Shown here: piece by piece, positions 29,501-44,167 of the stretch
Position numbering within the stretch: the stretch's first letter is position 1
Layout: each line of letters starts with the position of its first letter
Assembly (NCBI RefSeq): GCF_000150275.1
Contig: NW_002060945.1
Coordinates: forward strand, 6,811,607 to 6,875,606
Source: Trichoplax adhaerens
Taxonomy: Eukaryota > Animalia > Placozoa
DNA: 64,000 bases
Direction of reading: 5' to 3'
Notes under the pieces: generated by a model
Databases searched by the model: none
Told to the model about the DNA's origin: nothing
The model's input: only the letters and a program-made list of their open reading frames with translations
Position numbers and translations under genes: made by a program

Positions 29501-32500
29501 ATAATGTCCGTAATTACAAAAATAACCGAATTACTAGAAAAACTTTTGATTTTCAATTTATCTTACCAGTGATTAATCTAGTATGATTACGTAAAATAAA
29601 AAGAATAAAATATGTTAATCAAAGATTACAATAAAAGTACTATAATATTGACAAAACTTCTATAAATATAGATTAATAATAAACCAATAGAGATAATAAT
29701 GGAATCATGAAATCAATTTCCTACATAATCCTCAATGGATGCGCTGATATAGTAAGTATTCAGATTATTTAGGATTTACTTTTATCAAATACAATCGAAT
29801 ATTCCTCCCTAACATTTAATATCAGAAATAAATTTCAATGGTACTATACTTATGGACTATAAAATCGTACAGTAGGATTGAATAGGTAACATGTATTTTA
29901 AAATTAATTTATAAAAAGTCTTTGTTCATCATTCTGACATTGTTATTATTTATTTACCAAATGAATATCAAAATGTGAGCGTAAAATTATTGCAATCAAT
30001 CATTTACATTTCTTATAAATTAATCTTGGTACGGAAACTATTTTAAAACTATATTTAGTTAAATAAATATAACGACGCTATTAATAGTTTTGACGATACA
30101 GTACAAATGAAGTAATTCTTGAGAATCTAATTGTTGATGCTAACTGTGGTAATAAAAAAAGTATTTGGGATTTTATCTTTGACCAAATCTTTGAAATAAA
30201 GACTGTTTGCTTTAAATAAAGAGTTTTATTGCACAAGTTTTTATTTATAGCATTATACGAGTATTTACTCCAATATCAGAATATTATGAGAGAATGAGCG
30301 ATAGACTAAAATGTAGGACTCATCTACTCTTGATTCTGTATATTTTTATTTCTTGTTGCCGCTATCGCTATTATGACAGTGATTAATTACGAAATGTGAT
30401 CTTTTTGTGCAGCTAAAGAAAGATACTAAACTGCTTGTACCAGGTTATTCAATAATCCCCTGTTTATTCATTTACAAGAGCTTATTACGTGCGATCTTTT
30501 CTATATAAGGATGTTAATCTTGTATGTTTACTTTTAATAAATAAATCTGCGTATTAAGTGTTCTTACCAATTAAGTGTTTTTACCAATTAGCTTATTTAT
30601 TTTACTGTATCATCAAAGTATTAGATCATTCTATGCTGTTTAAAACTATAAAAGATCATTATGTTATTGTATTGTTAATGTAAACGCGAATAATCATTTA
30701 TTTCATTTTTTTGCGTGTCAATTTGGGCACTTTTTCTTGTTTTTACGCATGTTTCTTTTGGATAAAAGGGTAAGCGTGTTGATTTAATGCAGAATTTAAA
30801 GCTTGATCTCATAATAACGGTTAAGATCAATCGATTGATTAGTCAATCAATCAATCAAGCTACTTGACATTTGTTTATATTAGAGTACAGTGCATCGTTA
30901 ATTGTAAAGATGCGGTAAGTTTGTGATCTCTGTAACATATTCCTAATTCTCTAGGTTTGTTTAAATTACACATCAATTAATTCAATCAAAATACTGTAAC
31001 AACATTGATCCCCTTCATCATTTCTGCATTAATTGATGCGGTAATATATTGCGATATATTTATTTTTCACATCGTAATCGTCGAATTTTATAGAGTATCT
31101 TTAATAGTCAGTAGTGCTCTCTTTAATCTTACCTGCATATTGATTGAATAAGATAAACTGCACGATTAGTCATCAAATAAAGCTTGTAAATAATTTAAAA
31201 CCTTCTATTCTCTGTCAGGAAGTGAGACTCATGTTTAAAATAAAAATTGTAGCATGACATTATTAATATTAAGAAATAATCGTGTCAATCCCAAACTTTT
31301 TAAAGTCTTTTGCTTACCAGAAGAGCTATCTAAGAATATAAACAGTAAATAAAGCGTTGACTATAATATTCCAAAAGAGCAGAAGTGATCAGTGGTTTAG
31401 GCATTCGACTTGTTAGTGCAATAATGACATATAAATATTATTTATTAAGACTGTGAGTCTTTCTAGTAAGAGTTACGACATCCTATCACCAGCGATTTAA
31501 TGATAAAGGGAAATTCTAACCTTCTCCAATATCAAGATATTAATAAGATATATTAATACTATATCTTGGTGAGTGATTCTTGACGTTAGCCAGTTGTTCC
31601 TACACGCGATATAGTGAAATGAATTTCACATGCTGCATGCAGCATGAATACATCAAAGTATTCAGTAATAGTGTGTTTCAAATATTTCCAAAGAAAGTTG
31701 GAATTGTAGGATACGTTAAGAACATTGATTTAGTCATGATGATGATTTGTACTATAAATGTGTAGGCAAATTCATGTAAACCTGCTGGAAATTATATTGA
31801 TTTCGAGTGTCAAGATAAATAGTAAAGTTAAAGTCGGGAAAAAGCTACTATAATTATAGGAAAATGTTGATTTCTATCCAGTACATGATATGATATTTAA
31901 CCGTAGCTGATGCTACGGCTTCGTATAATATACATTTGATAGCAATAAAAAATATAAGAATTGCTAAGCGATGGCTATGAGCCAAAATAATCAATCTAAT
32001 CGCTAATTAGTTGCAGCAATAAATAAGAATATACATGTAAATAAGCACTAGAAATAAATTCTATGTACTAGTAAATCTGATTACAAAATATCAACTTAAC
32101 ATCAAAGGCTTTACAACTCGAGGATTCCTTTATTCCAACTCGATATATTCACTTTAACTTTATTATTGGATAGAAAAGTATTCTAGTAAAGTAGCAGCTA
32201 ACATGATTATATTATTTATTTAGAGCTGTTATTACTTACCGCATTGCAGCACTTATTTATGTTAATATGATGCACTTATGATAGCACTTATGATAGCATT
32301 ATCCTTCTTTCGAGTGCGTAATCAATGCCATAATGAATAGGAAAAATAAAAGTTGCTCTATGTTGGTCAAAATATATCAGCAATTATACAGCCTACGGAG
32401 TACTTCGAGAAAATAAGCTGCTCATCAGCTATCTTGGCTAGAATAGTGTCGAATAACTGTCCATTTTCGTCCACCATATCGATAAATTGTACGCTACATT

Positions 32501-33641
32501 TATAGTGAATGCTACCTCATTTTACTAGACTAAGAATGTAGATCTTTCAAGAATACTTATAGCATATTCTTCATAACTGTATCGCCATTTATGTCAGAAT
32601 TTAGAATGGATAGCGATGAGCAATAATGCAAGAGAAAGGAAATATTCAAGTCAAAATATGGCGCATCTACTTTGATATCGCTACTGTAGACAGGGTAGTA
32701 TCTAATTTTGAAGAAGAAAGATAGTATTCTGTATTAAAATAATAGCTTCTACGGTTAGCACTCCGAGTCATATCACCAAACTGGCTGAATGGACCATCGT
32801 ATAGTGTAAAGTATCAATTGAAGCAGAAAATGGCGATCTTATTCCTTTCTACTTTACATTATACATTAAAAATGGCTTTAACTTGTACTCTTCAAATCAT
32901 TATCCTCTGTTGCATCGAATGATAGAAGAAATAAATGTCTGCATTAAGATATTACTGGTCATTGAAGTAAAATTGAGCGTTCTAAACTGTCCAAGGCTTC
33001 AAATAATCTTCCGAGCGTTCTCCGCATACTGTAACCAGTACTGGACACCATTACCTACCTAGCACACCATACGTAACCATATATTGTAATCCATACGATA
33101 TATTTTCGGTCTAACCTATATAATAGCCCTTGCAGCCTAGTTTTCCCTAGAAGAAGAAATGGAGCTGGCAGCTGCCGAGGCCTACCACTTGCTGTACTTT
33201 GCTTTCTGAGCTGTAAACCTATATGGAAGAACAGGTATGACTGCGTAGTAGTATAAATCTGTTATTTATAATTTTACTAGCTCGCAATATTGTAGTACTG
33301 TGCTTAGCTACTTGCTTTATTCGTTTGTTGATGATCGATGGCAGAAATACTCGTATACTCGATTGCTCATTCTTCAATATTAGCTCATAGTCATTTCTCT
33401 TTTATATGCTGCAGTATACATAAAAATAATGTTCATCAACTGTAGCTAGAGTCCTCTTTCTTGCTGTTTAAGTAAACGTTATATTCCTGGCATGTTACAA
33501 GTAAAAAATAGCAGCAAACTGAGTTAACTTGCTGATATTATGGTGCTATCGGTTAACTTCCAAATTACTCGTATTACAGCTAGTCCAAATTCTGCATTAC
33601 ATTATTTCCATAAACTTTTTACCAATCTACTTTTATTGCTG

Positions 33642-33999
33642 CAGGCAAATGTGCCCATCACTGTCAATATCCTAACATGAAATTACTGTACAAGTGTTCG
33701 GCTAATAAGTAATAGAGAATGATAAATGAACAAATAGTGCTCGAGTAAGCCTATTACTGTATTTTATGACATGAATTCAATCGTTGCTACTGGACTTATT
33801 CAGCTCTTAATGTTCATCCAACAGGCTAATGTGCCCATCGTTATCAATATCCTAACACCAAATTACTGTACAAGTCTTCGGCTAATAAGTCATAGAGAAT
33901 AATAAATGGACAAATGATACTCGAGTAAGCCTATTACTGTATTTTATGGCATGGATTCAATCGCTACTACTGGACGTATTCAGCTCATAATGTTCACCG
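33642..33999. repeat. Two-copy 180-bp tandem duplication
   Basis: Units start CAGGC(A/T)AATGTGCCCATC at 33642 and 33822 and are colinear without visible gaps. Confidence 0.92.
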
Positions 34000-34757
34000 G
34001 GGTTGCACATCTAGATTTTGAACGATAGTTGACAATCCGTTACTGGTATACGCGTAGAGGATGATGTAGATCAGTTTCTTATGCAGGTATCGATATCATA
34101 CCAATGTAGTATAATTGAGACTGTATTTGTTGAGAATTATTTGCTGTTAGTGATGTTAATAGAAGATCTAATATTATTTTATTACACTGGCTTAATTCTA
34201 CAGCTTGTAGTTGTATTTTTATTCATCTGGGATAGTTCGCGCGTTTGAGTTTGATTGAAAATCGATTGCTGGCACTAGCATTGCGATAATTGCTACATTC
34301 CTTAACATAGTGTATTAATATTTACTAGAACATTATTCTAATACTATTGGATGTCATCACCATAGTCAGTTGCATGAAGACCCCTTACCATGACAAAGTC
34401 ACTAATTACAGTAGTAGTGCATTTGGTATGCGATTTTGCAAGCAATGTTACTTTCCATTACAGAAATACAACGGTACTTAATAAACAATGATCTCGATAT
34501 CTTATGTTAGAAAGTAGCGATAATAATTACCATAACTTAAAGGGCTGTATTAATACAAAACAAATTATAGATAGAGCTAATGTACGAACATATAGCTTAT
34601 CGTTTAGTCCTAGACTACAGTAATGCATGATCTTACTGTCATAAACTGGATTATGTATGATGATGTTCGTCAGGTTAGCATATCGTCCTAATTAGAATGT
34701 CTCATAAACTTTCAATTATACAATTATCTAGATACTGTGGAAAGGAAGAGAAAAATA

Positions 34758-37700
34758 ATGTCTAGCACTGTCAAGAAAAGAAAAATAGCTCCCATATCGT
34801 TTAGCGAAAAGGTGGCAAAGAAAGCCTCACTTGACAATGATGGCTGGAATAGAATTTTCCATAATCCAAAGCTACTACTAATTGCTTTGATTGCTTTCCG
34901 AGCAGTCAATGCATGCTGTATACAAACTTCTTATGTTCCTGATGAATACTGGCAGAGTTTAGAAGTTGCACACTATCATACGTTTGGATATCCAAGAAGT
35001 ATTCCATCGTTGAATTAAAGCTTATAATGCTTATGTCTTCGCAGTAATATACATTTTTGCTAGAGACACAGTTACTCTCGAAAAAGTTATCCATTCAAGT
35101 AATAAGTACATTACTGGATAGGGTGCTTGGGTCCGGTGCCATAATTTAGTGAATAAATTTAAAATTGCACCATCCTTTGTAAGGGTTATAGTAAAGATAA
35201 CGTAGTATTTAATGAGTTAAAATTTTTATTCCTTAACTTGTCTTACTTACGGTTATTTATCTTGGGAATGGACGGAGCGTATACGTGGATTTTCGTATCC
35301 GATGCTATTTTCCTTTTTATATGAATTATTAGCCTTTCTTAACATCGACCAAGGGTTCATTATGGTGAGTGTGATGTAGGTTTAGAAAATTTTTTGTGTA
35401 TATTGTGATGTTGCATGTACCAATAACTACAATTTAAATTCGTTGAGACCATGTACTTTAGTTTATCGATTGGTTTTACATGTAATGTGTTATTAACTGT
35501 GAGTGCCATTAATAATATAATTTGACATTGCTTACCAACAGATATATTCACCACGCCTTTTACAATCAATATTCGCCGCTGTGGGTGACTTACACATTTA
35601 CAAACTGGCGGAAATATTTTTTGATAATAGTGCAGCTCGATGGACTGTATCCTATAGAACTATTTCAAATTTAATATCATTCTAACTACATTAAACCAGT
35701 CACAACGGTAATTTCTTTTACTCATTTATGAATAGCTATGTTGCTCTTTAATATCCTGGTTTAACTTTTACTGTATCACGCGAACTCTAACCAATTCCTT
35801 GGAAACTATAATTACCATTATTGGGTTCTGTTATTGGCCATGGCCTTGGAAAAACGATAAAGAGTAATGATGATTTATTGCAGTTTAAAAACCAATATAT
35901 TAATTATCTGTATAATGATTATAGGAGTCCTAGTTGTAAAATAGCTCTATCGTTCGCTGCCATTGCTTTCATCGTTAGGCCAACTTCAGCAATAATATGG
36001 TTGCCGTTGTGTATATGGCATATGATATGGCATGCTAAAAACATAAGTAAATTTTTAATTGTGGACGTTATACCCATTGCGTAAGTTTATCTATATTCTT
36101 TTATCCTACTTAATAATATTAGTTTCCTAAATTTTAACCACATGAAATGCATATACTCAAAATTATATTTGGAAAACGATTCTAGCTCGATCTTTCTCTG
36201 CTTGTCATTAATTATTGATTACATATTCTACAAGCAGGTTCGTGACATCATATGGTTAATTTTCGGAGATAACTAATCGTATTTTGTTTCCTCTAATAGC
36301 TGCTAATTGGCAGCATTGCGAATACTCCAATAAATTTATCATTTGTTTTTTGGCAGCTTGTGTTTGTTCAATACAACTTCTTGTATTACAACGTCTTTCA
36401 AAATATTGGGAAATTCTATGGCAGCAACCCCTGGCACTGGTAACAGTCATATTTCGCAGTGATTGTTAACATTGCTTTCTTATTGCATGTACTTTATGGT
36501 TCAAAGCATGTTGGCAAAACAAAATTACTTTATTCTTATATTTTAGGTATTTCAGCCAAGGCTTTTTTGTGGTTGCCGGAACGTTAACAATCCCTTTCAT
36601 TGGCGGAGTTTTAAAATCTGACGTTCGTCAACGTTTTCTAATTTGGATTATATTGTGGGATATCCTCATACATAGGTATTCAAACTCATAACAACTTTAG
36701 GATTTCGAAAATCTTTAATTTATAATCTGTTCATCGTTGGTGTTTCTACTTAATTTCAAAAAATGTTCCGTTAATAGCTTGCGTTGAAAATAAACTCTTG
36801 TTTTGCAGTTGTCTCAGCCACAAAGAATTTCGATTTATTCTTTCAATTCTACCGTTTGTACTTTGTTTTTGTGGTAAGTTCCGAATCAATATAGTACTTA
36901 CTGTGCATCAATTGCTTGATACCTCAATGAAAATCTGCATGCAAAGTAAAAAATTAAGCTATGCTTGATACAGTAGATTTACCACGGTACTGTACACTGA
37001 TCTATTATATAATAATTATCATCTATAGGATCATATTTGAGCATTATGTGGAAAGTTAAAGACGCGACTGTAACACGCAATCGGCATTCATTTTGGTGGT
37101 TTTTTACATTCTTGTTAACAACAAACATCGCTGCAGCGGCATATACAAGTCGTATTCATCAAAAAGGCACAATAGATGCTATTCATCACATTCGAACCAT
37201 AAGCGAGGTATTCCATGTACTTAGACTAAGCAAATAAATTGTATAATCTATATACTCTATAACTATATGTATTCATATTGAGGCTTACTATTTTAATATT
37301 TTGTAAATATGCAATAGAGACATAACACTGATAGATTTTCCGTAATGTTTTTAATGCCTTGCCACTCTACACCGTTCTATTGGTAAGTAAATGGCATGTC
37401 AATTATCAGGGACTAATTTAAAGACAGCGCAAAAATTAATTTTTAGCGACTTGGATGTATACGTCAGATTTTTAGTTATTAATAAGATGTTAACTGTTCT
37501 TAATAAAATAATCACTTTCATTCAGCTATATTCATAAAAAGATCGAGCTATCGTTCTTAACTTGTCTTCCAAGGTATAATTACAATTGTATTCTGGTTCT
37601 CGTTTTTTTTAATTTATAGTATTCTAGAGAAATCTGATTTAAATGTGCTATATTTAATATTAGTAATAGACCTGGATATATTGATGAGGCTGATCGCTTC

Positions 37701-38131
37701 TTTTTGGAACCTACATCTTGGCTTAATCGAAAGTTTAATAGCTCTGACACGAACAATGTAGTTCCTCCGAATTGCCTTGTATTTTTTGATAACTTAGTTA
37801 CTGTAAGCTTGAAGATGTGTTATTTGAATTGTTATATAGCAATATGTACTTCAAACCTTGACATCCAATAAGCTAGTCGATTGAGAAATAACGAACAGTG
37901 ACAGAAAATTCGAATTACTGATTTATTGCTATCTCTAATTCCAGGTCATACAAACATTTTTAGTGAAATATCATTATAAAAAGGTCTGTATTTTTGTTCT
38001 GCTTCAATGAAGTATGATGTTACTATCAATCTCTGATTTTCAAACTTCTTATACAGAACAAAAGTTTTTTCCACACCCATTTTCCTGAAGGAAGGGTAGG
38101 CTCAAACGTCATCATACATTGTTTAGAATGA
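34758..38131 (+). CDS. PIGB: GPI mannosyltransferase 3 (PIG-B), multi-exon
   Basis: Motifs [89 protein letters not shown] and [12 protein letters not shown]. Stop TGA at 38129-38131. Confidence 0.95.
34988..35246 (+). other. U12-type AT-AC intron (first coding intron of PIGB)
   Basis: 5' end ATATCC; perfect branch site TTCCTTAAC at 35229-35237; 3' AC at 35245-35246. Removal restores [11 protein letters not shown] in frame. Confidence 0.9.
35647..35735 (+). other. Probable U12-type GT-AG intron in PIGB
   Basis: 5' splice site GTATCCTAT; weak branch candidate TTCTTTTAC at 35713-35721. Joins AARWT to LCCSLISWF in frame. Confidence 0.65.
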
Positions 38132-41100
38132 AATTAAATATTTTCAGGCAGTTAGATTTATTTGTGCTTGTAAGGATCATCCCCTTGAACACCTTTAATT
38201 GTAGTTTCCTGATAATATGATATTTTTGAGTAATACAGCAGATACAGAGGCTGTAGATAGTTTTTAGGCTCTGCTAGACCTTTTCTTATCATAAATCTCC
38301 TATACTGTTATATACGAATGATGACATTAATTTCGTACTACATCGACTGATTTGCGTGAAATTTACGCATTCACAACGCAAATCAATCTAAGATTAATAA
38401 TATTATATTATAACTATTGTATCGTTTAATAATCTATAATCATTTGAAACAGTTGTTTCAAAAAAATCTCTCAGCATTCTAACAATACAATGATTCTGTG
38501 AATAACTTCGCAAGCCTAGGTACAACGTTGGATGTCATGTTTGTCTTTTTTATGATTGCAAATATCATAATATTTAAACAAATCAATTGAGATTACAATC
38601 GCATTTTAATGATCATTGGATCTGAATAATGTGTATATAATTTGTTCTTCAGATTCGGTACTGAAACATTAAATTTCTTTATCCGTTTCTAAAATTGCTA
38701 CTATAACCCGTAATAACATATACTGATGTATTATTGACAAAGATGAGATAATAAAACAAAAATGGATATTTTTCTAGAACAAAATTGGCTCCTGGCGAGC
38801 GATAGTTACATAGCTACATTGGCAATGCTACTGAATAGGAAGATTAGCTAGCGAATGCAGTATTGTTAAGAAGTAAATCGTTAAAAAATATTAATCGGTT
38901 TACCGCTACAGTTGATTTGATTAATATTAACTCAAAGAAATCATTAGGGTTACGCATATAAATTAGCTATCCTTGCATCAATTTTAGAAAATTTACGGAT
39001 GAAATTTAAATTTCAGGATTGATTCATATCCATAAGATTTATGTACTGTATACGTCAATAAGGTTTGTTCAGCAAATCGATTCCATTCAAATCTCAAATT
39101 GGAGCTCATAAATTATCGCAGTATAACCGATCTTTTCTGCAATAGGAAACCTAACGGTGCAGATACGATTCTTCAGCGAATTGTTAAATTTTATACATTC
39201 TTCATGCAATCGGTAGATATACACGTAGAAGCATTTATCAGATACGATTGAAGTTGTTAGTAGACGTATCAGCACAATTGTCAAAGTTATTATGTCAGTT
39301 GATCAACTTTTACTCGCTTGTCTATCCTATTTCAATTCTTTACTTTACAGAAATACTAAAATTGATCTATTAACCCTTTTAATGTCATAAATTTTATAAA
39401 TTAGTATGATTATGCCTTACTTTATTTTCACACTATCATCTGTTATAGCAGAAAGTGCAGTGCTACGATCATTTATCTTATCTTTCTACCTCTCTTAACG
39501 CAACATCTAGCTATTTCTTGTGATATTTCTACTAAGCAATCAGATTGTCGAAAAGATATAAAAATAAATTCGATATTAAAAGTAATCGTTATTTTAAGAT
39601 ATACGAAATCAACGATTTTTATTACTTAACTAGGTAGAATGATAGGAATTGTATATATTGTAGATGAGAAGACTAAATTTGCTATAAAGGCTAAGAAGTA
39701 TGAGTATGATTACTTTAAAGGACATGACTATTGTCAAATTTACCTTAATACGGTACTGGCTGCCTACCGTACAACTAGATTGCAAAAGTCAGTTTTAAAA
39801 AAAATTTATCAGTGCAGTATACGGGATTATTTGCTCGTAAGGCCTCTGTCTAAGGCAATTAAGAAGCTTAACGAGAAAGAACTTTATTATGAGATGCCTG
39901 AGATAAAGTCTTAGTACAACAGGGGCACTTGGTAGAAGGATCGCTCCCTAGAAATTTGTTCTTTATGAAATATTATGTTAAATTCGATATATAAAGTACT
40001 CGACTGGTGCAATCGTTGATAATTAGTGTACGTGTGTGGCTTAAAATTGTTGATCAAATTATCTTTTTGCTAGAGATTTTTGACGCTCCTACCCTTGAGA
40101 GCAGAAAGAGACCAACCGAGGTATTATGATTTGTTTAAAGGTAAGATGAAATGAAATTAACCGCCTGCTTAACAATTAAATCTATTAGTGTATTAGTAGT
40201 CATGCAATGCTTTGATATTGCCGATATAATGATATCGAACAATCATTTTATTGCCGCCATGTATGCAATTTTGTTAAGCCAAACTTCAAAAATAAGCTAC
40301 TACTGCCTTATCGATGACCATGATTATTCAATATTTACCTTCCATGTTTTATCCGATAGTACTATCGCAGGAGGGCACATTTAGCGGTGCAAACTACTTA
40401 CTACCAGCATATGGTACCTATAGTCTATCTTCGGAAGTCAGAAAATAGTTTTAGTCCTAAGGAATAGCCTAGCATAAGATCAAGTTGCACACTTGACTAC
40501 GCGACCTTCTACTGCCAGATTATCTATAGCCTCTCTTTAGCGAGAAAAAAATAATGACTTACACTTAAGCTACAGTGTAGCATAGCATTCAATTAATAAC
40601 CTGAATTTGCATAATCAAGTAGGGCATTTTTTGTGATCAACAAAATCTCCTTTTGCAGCTTCATAACATACGTACAATACTTGAACTTTTTAAGAATGAA
40701 ATATTTCTCTATCCAGCTGATTGAAATGAGCAATTTTATAGCGATGCACAATATATAAAGTACTCGTATAAGACCAAGAAATTAATGCTTATAGTAAAGT
40801 ATTTGGACTTGAGAAAGTAAAATTACTAAACTTTATACGTACTGTATAAAGGTTGGAAATTTATAGGAAATTATCGAACAATATATCTGGCAATGAATCA
40901 AAAGATAAATAGCTTAAAGAGTATTTATTCACGAATTAATATAGTATTACCATGTAAATGTGATTATGAATTGTAGTCGAATAATTGCGTTCTTTCCACC
41001 ATATAAAGTTAGGATCATGCGAGTATGGAAAGGCGGCGCAATCGACTGTTAATTGCTATATGATTATTTCTACAGTGAAGTCTCTCCAAGGATAGATACG

Positions 41101-41818
41101 AGTATCTTCGTATCTGCATATCCTTCCGTACATTATAATCTCGACATTCGTAAATATCGAGTAGCATCCATACTTTCTTCTATAGTCGTAAAATAGTATA
41201 AGGCAATTCAAGAAGCCCGATCAATAGTGACGGTTATTAACATTAACTTATTTTATTAGCTGCATACCCATACAAGCAGTAATAATCATAAGGGTCATTC
41301 GAAAATAATTAAATCGTTGACAAATCGACAACAATCACATGTTCGAATGAAAAAATATTGCAGACTATATCCAATGTATAGCTAACCAAGCACAACACAA
41401 TTCATGATATTACAAGCTACAGGTAACCATAACCTAATTACACAGGTACTAAAATAAGGTTTTATAAATACTTTCAGATTACAGTGCTGTAATGCATAAT
41501 CATGTTAAAAAGCTACAGTGACACAGTATTTATTGTTCACTGTAGAACTTTAACATTATTGTTAGAATTGAAATTAATATCTTAAGTATCAGATATTGTA
41601 TGTTCTTGTCTTGATGCCAAATTCATAAATTCGTGATAAAGTTAGCGTCAAGAATTTACATATCAACTTTTGCTATATATAACACACATAAATTTGAAAG
41701 ATAACCAAATCATCAAGAATGAAGCTGTAGATCTTTCAGTTAAATGTACAGTACATGCTAGTAGTACAGGATTCCAGGTCCTGTAGTGAAATTTCGATTA
41801 ATATCTACGGCTTCTTAT

Positions 41819-43645
41819 TTAATTGTTGGATATTGATAGAGGCCTTCTGAATAGCAAAACGTGTGGTTCTGTAAATGATAAAGTGTTTTTGATTAATACA
41901 ATTTGGTATAACCGAAAGAGTTGGAAATAATAGTAATCAAATATATGCAATACGATTTCCAGTTAATATGGCCATGATATTGCTAATGTACAGTACACAA
42001 CTGGACAGTACATACATGTGGGTTAAAGGTTATTTTACCGCAAGGTATGTTCATAGTTAATAGTCATAATAATTTTAATGTATCCAATTTTGTTATGGGT
42101 CACAAAACTTTTCTGGTGATATAATATGTTTTACTTTCATCTGTTCAATTTGATCATGTCTTACCATCGCTGAAATTGTATCTGGTATCGTAATCTTTTC
42201 TTTCTTTTATTTGTAGTGCACATATACTATAACTATATCGTAGTCCAAATTCTATCTTGCAACCGTATAAATCAATAAAATTCAATTCATGTAATAAAGC
42301 TGCAACTGCACTACTGTGATACCACTTTTGTAATATGCACATACTGCATTGAAGAAAAGCGCTAAACTAAGCAAGGAGATTACTATACACAATGTACCTA
42401 ATATGATACTATCGTTTGTTGTTTAGTTCAAGATAAAATGATAAAGATACAATATTAGTCTAGTCCAAATACTTTACCTGGGCCATGTTTCATATAATGA
42501 ATCCAGCCCTTGGATTGCTGAACACCAATACCCCGCCATTCATCTTCAGTCATTAAATGATCCTTGGGTACTTTCTTTGCAATATCCTTTGGCAGGATAA
42601 CATGTCTATAAAAGATATACATATCGCTAATTGAGAAAGTAGTCTATTATACTTTACAACAAGTCAAGTACTTAAGACGTTTAGTAAGATACGTTCAAGT
42701 TATAAGTTGAATTAGTTGATAAGTGAAAGGTGACTATTGGAGTAAGGATGATGAAACTATTGAGTTAGTTCTCTAGGGTAGGTATCGCTTGAGTCTTTTA
42801 TAGTTGTGGCAAGTTGAAACGTAATCCGTTGCACAACAAGTAAAAACTCGCGATAAGGATTAGGCGGTCGACTGTGTTTAAAAGTGTTATTTTAGAATCG
42901 GTCGGTAAGTGAACAAGTTAGCATTCAAGTATTGCACACCAAGTCAAAGATTAGTAGCAAAGATCAGTAAATACATTCAAGTTATTGATCCATTCGCAAG
43001 TGAATAAGTGATGATTGAAGTCTATTTGCACAACAAGTCAAAAGTAGCGAGAAAAGATTAATGGATACGTTGAAGTTAGAATCAGCAGACAAGCGAAAAA
43101 GTGGCTGTTCAAGTGCTATATTGCCCAAGCTGCACCACGATCGAGCACGATACGAATTAGAACTAGAATCAGTGAAAAAGTAATTCCTTATTGCAAATCT
43201 CCAACTACTAAGACTATAAGAGTAGCCATCGATTGGAAATCAAAACAAATCTTCCCTATTAGCAAGTATACTACCACTATTAAGGAGATCAAATTGACGG
43301 TGCAACTTTGTTCAGTTTATTCAAATAAAGTTTGGATCCAAGGGTAGAGAGAGAGAGAATTAATTGCTCGCCATCTGCAGGCAATGGCGACTCAATCCAA
43401 ATCTCATCTGCTCAACCGTCATACAGTGAGATTGACTTGCTGAGGGTCAACTATCGCTTGACGCAAGTGAATTTGTTCAACTGTTCTACCGTCACATGCA
43501 ATCACGATTGTCATCATTACAAGCGTCATCCTTTCTGGACAGGTGAATTGCAATTTGCAACTGATTGACAACATTTTCCTCACCTGTATTCGAAATTTTC
43601 GTCAAAGTATTTATCCGAGTAGATTACGTTCTTGTAAGAAGTCAT
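41819..43645 (-). CDS. CKS1: Cyclin-dependent kinases regulatory subunit (Cks1/Cks2 family), 79 aa
   Basis: Exons 43645-43584, 42605-42478 and 41868-41819 give [79 protein letters not shown]. Confidence 0.96.
42655..43135. repeat. Degenerate ~95-bp tandem array in the first coding intron of Cks
   Basis: (GC)ACAACAAGT-like unit starts near 42656, 42831, 42934, 43028 and 43122, with internal TTCAAGTT and AAGTGA motifs. Confidence 0.6.
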
Positions 43646-44167
43646 TTTGATTGCAATTTGAAAATGAATTAGTCTAGGAAATGGATAAGTCGTCTACCAA
43701 CCAAGGTTAATAATTCTACAATCTTTTTCTCGCCAATTTGGTCCAAAATAATGTAACACACAGGCGAACTAAACTATTTTCTACTTGCTGTAAGGTGACC
43801 AGGGTAAGAGTGACACTAGGAGTGAGCAGTTAGCCAAGGGAGCAAACAATTTTCAGTTCCAACCGTCGCGATCAGCCACCACCAGTATGGATACTAGCCC
43901 ATACACAGCAGTCAGAAGATTGTGTAGCTAAGGTCTTGTTCAATGGATTGCGTCAGCAAAATGACAGGCACAGCACGACCTGTCTTCGCTTCAGCTGCCG
44001 TCTGTAGTGTGTGTCTAAACGTTGATGTACTTCAGTCTGATCTATACAAAAAGAATACCTGGTCAGGTCATCCTCCATACGGTAGTGTGACAGTCCAGCA
44101 AGGGGCGTGTGACTCTATTTACGTACGGTACAGTCAACCAACCGCGTGAACTGTGACGAGTGAAATT

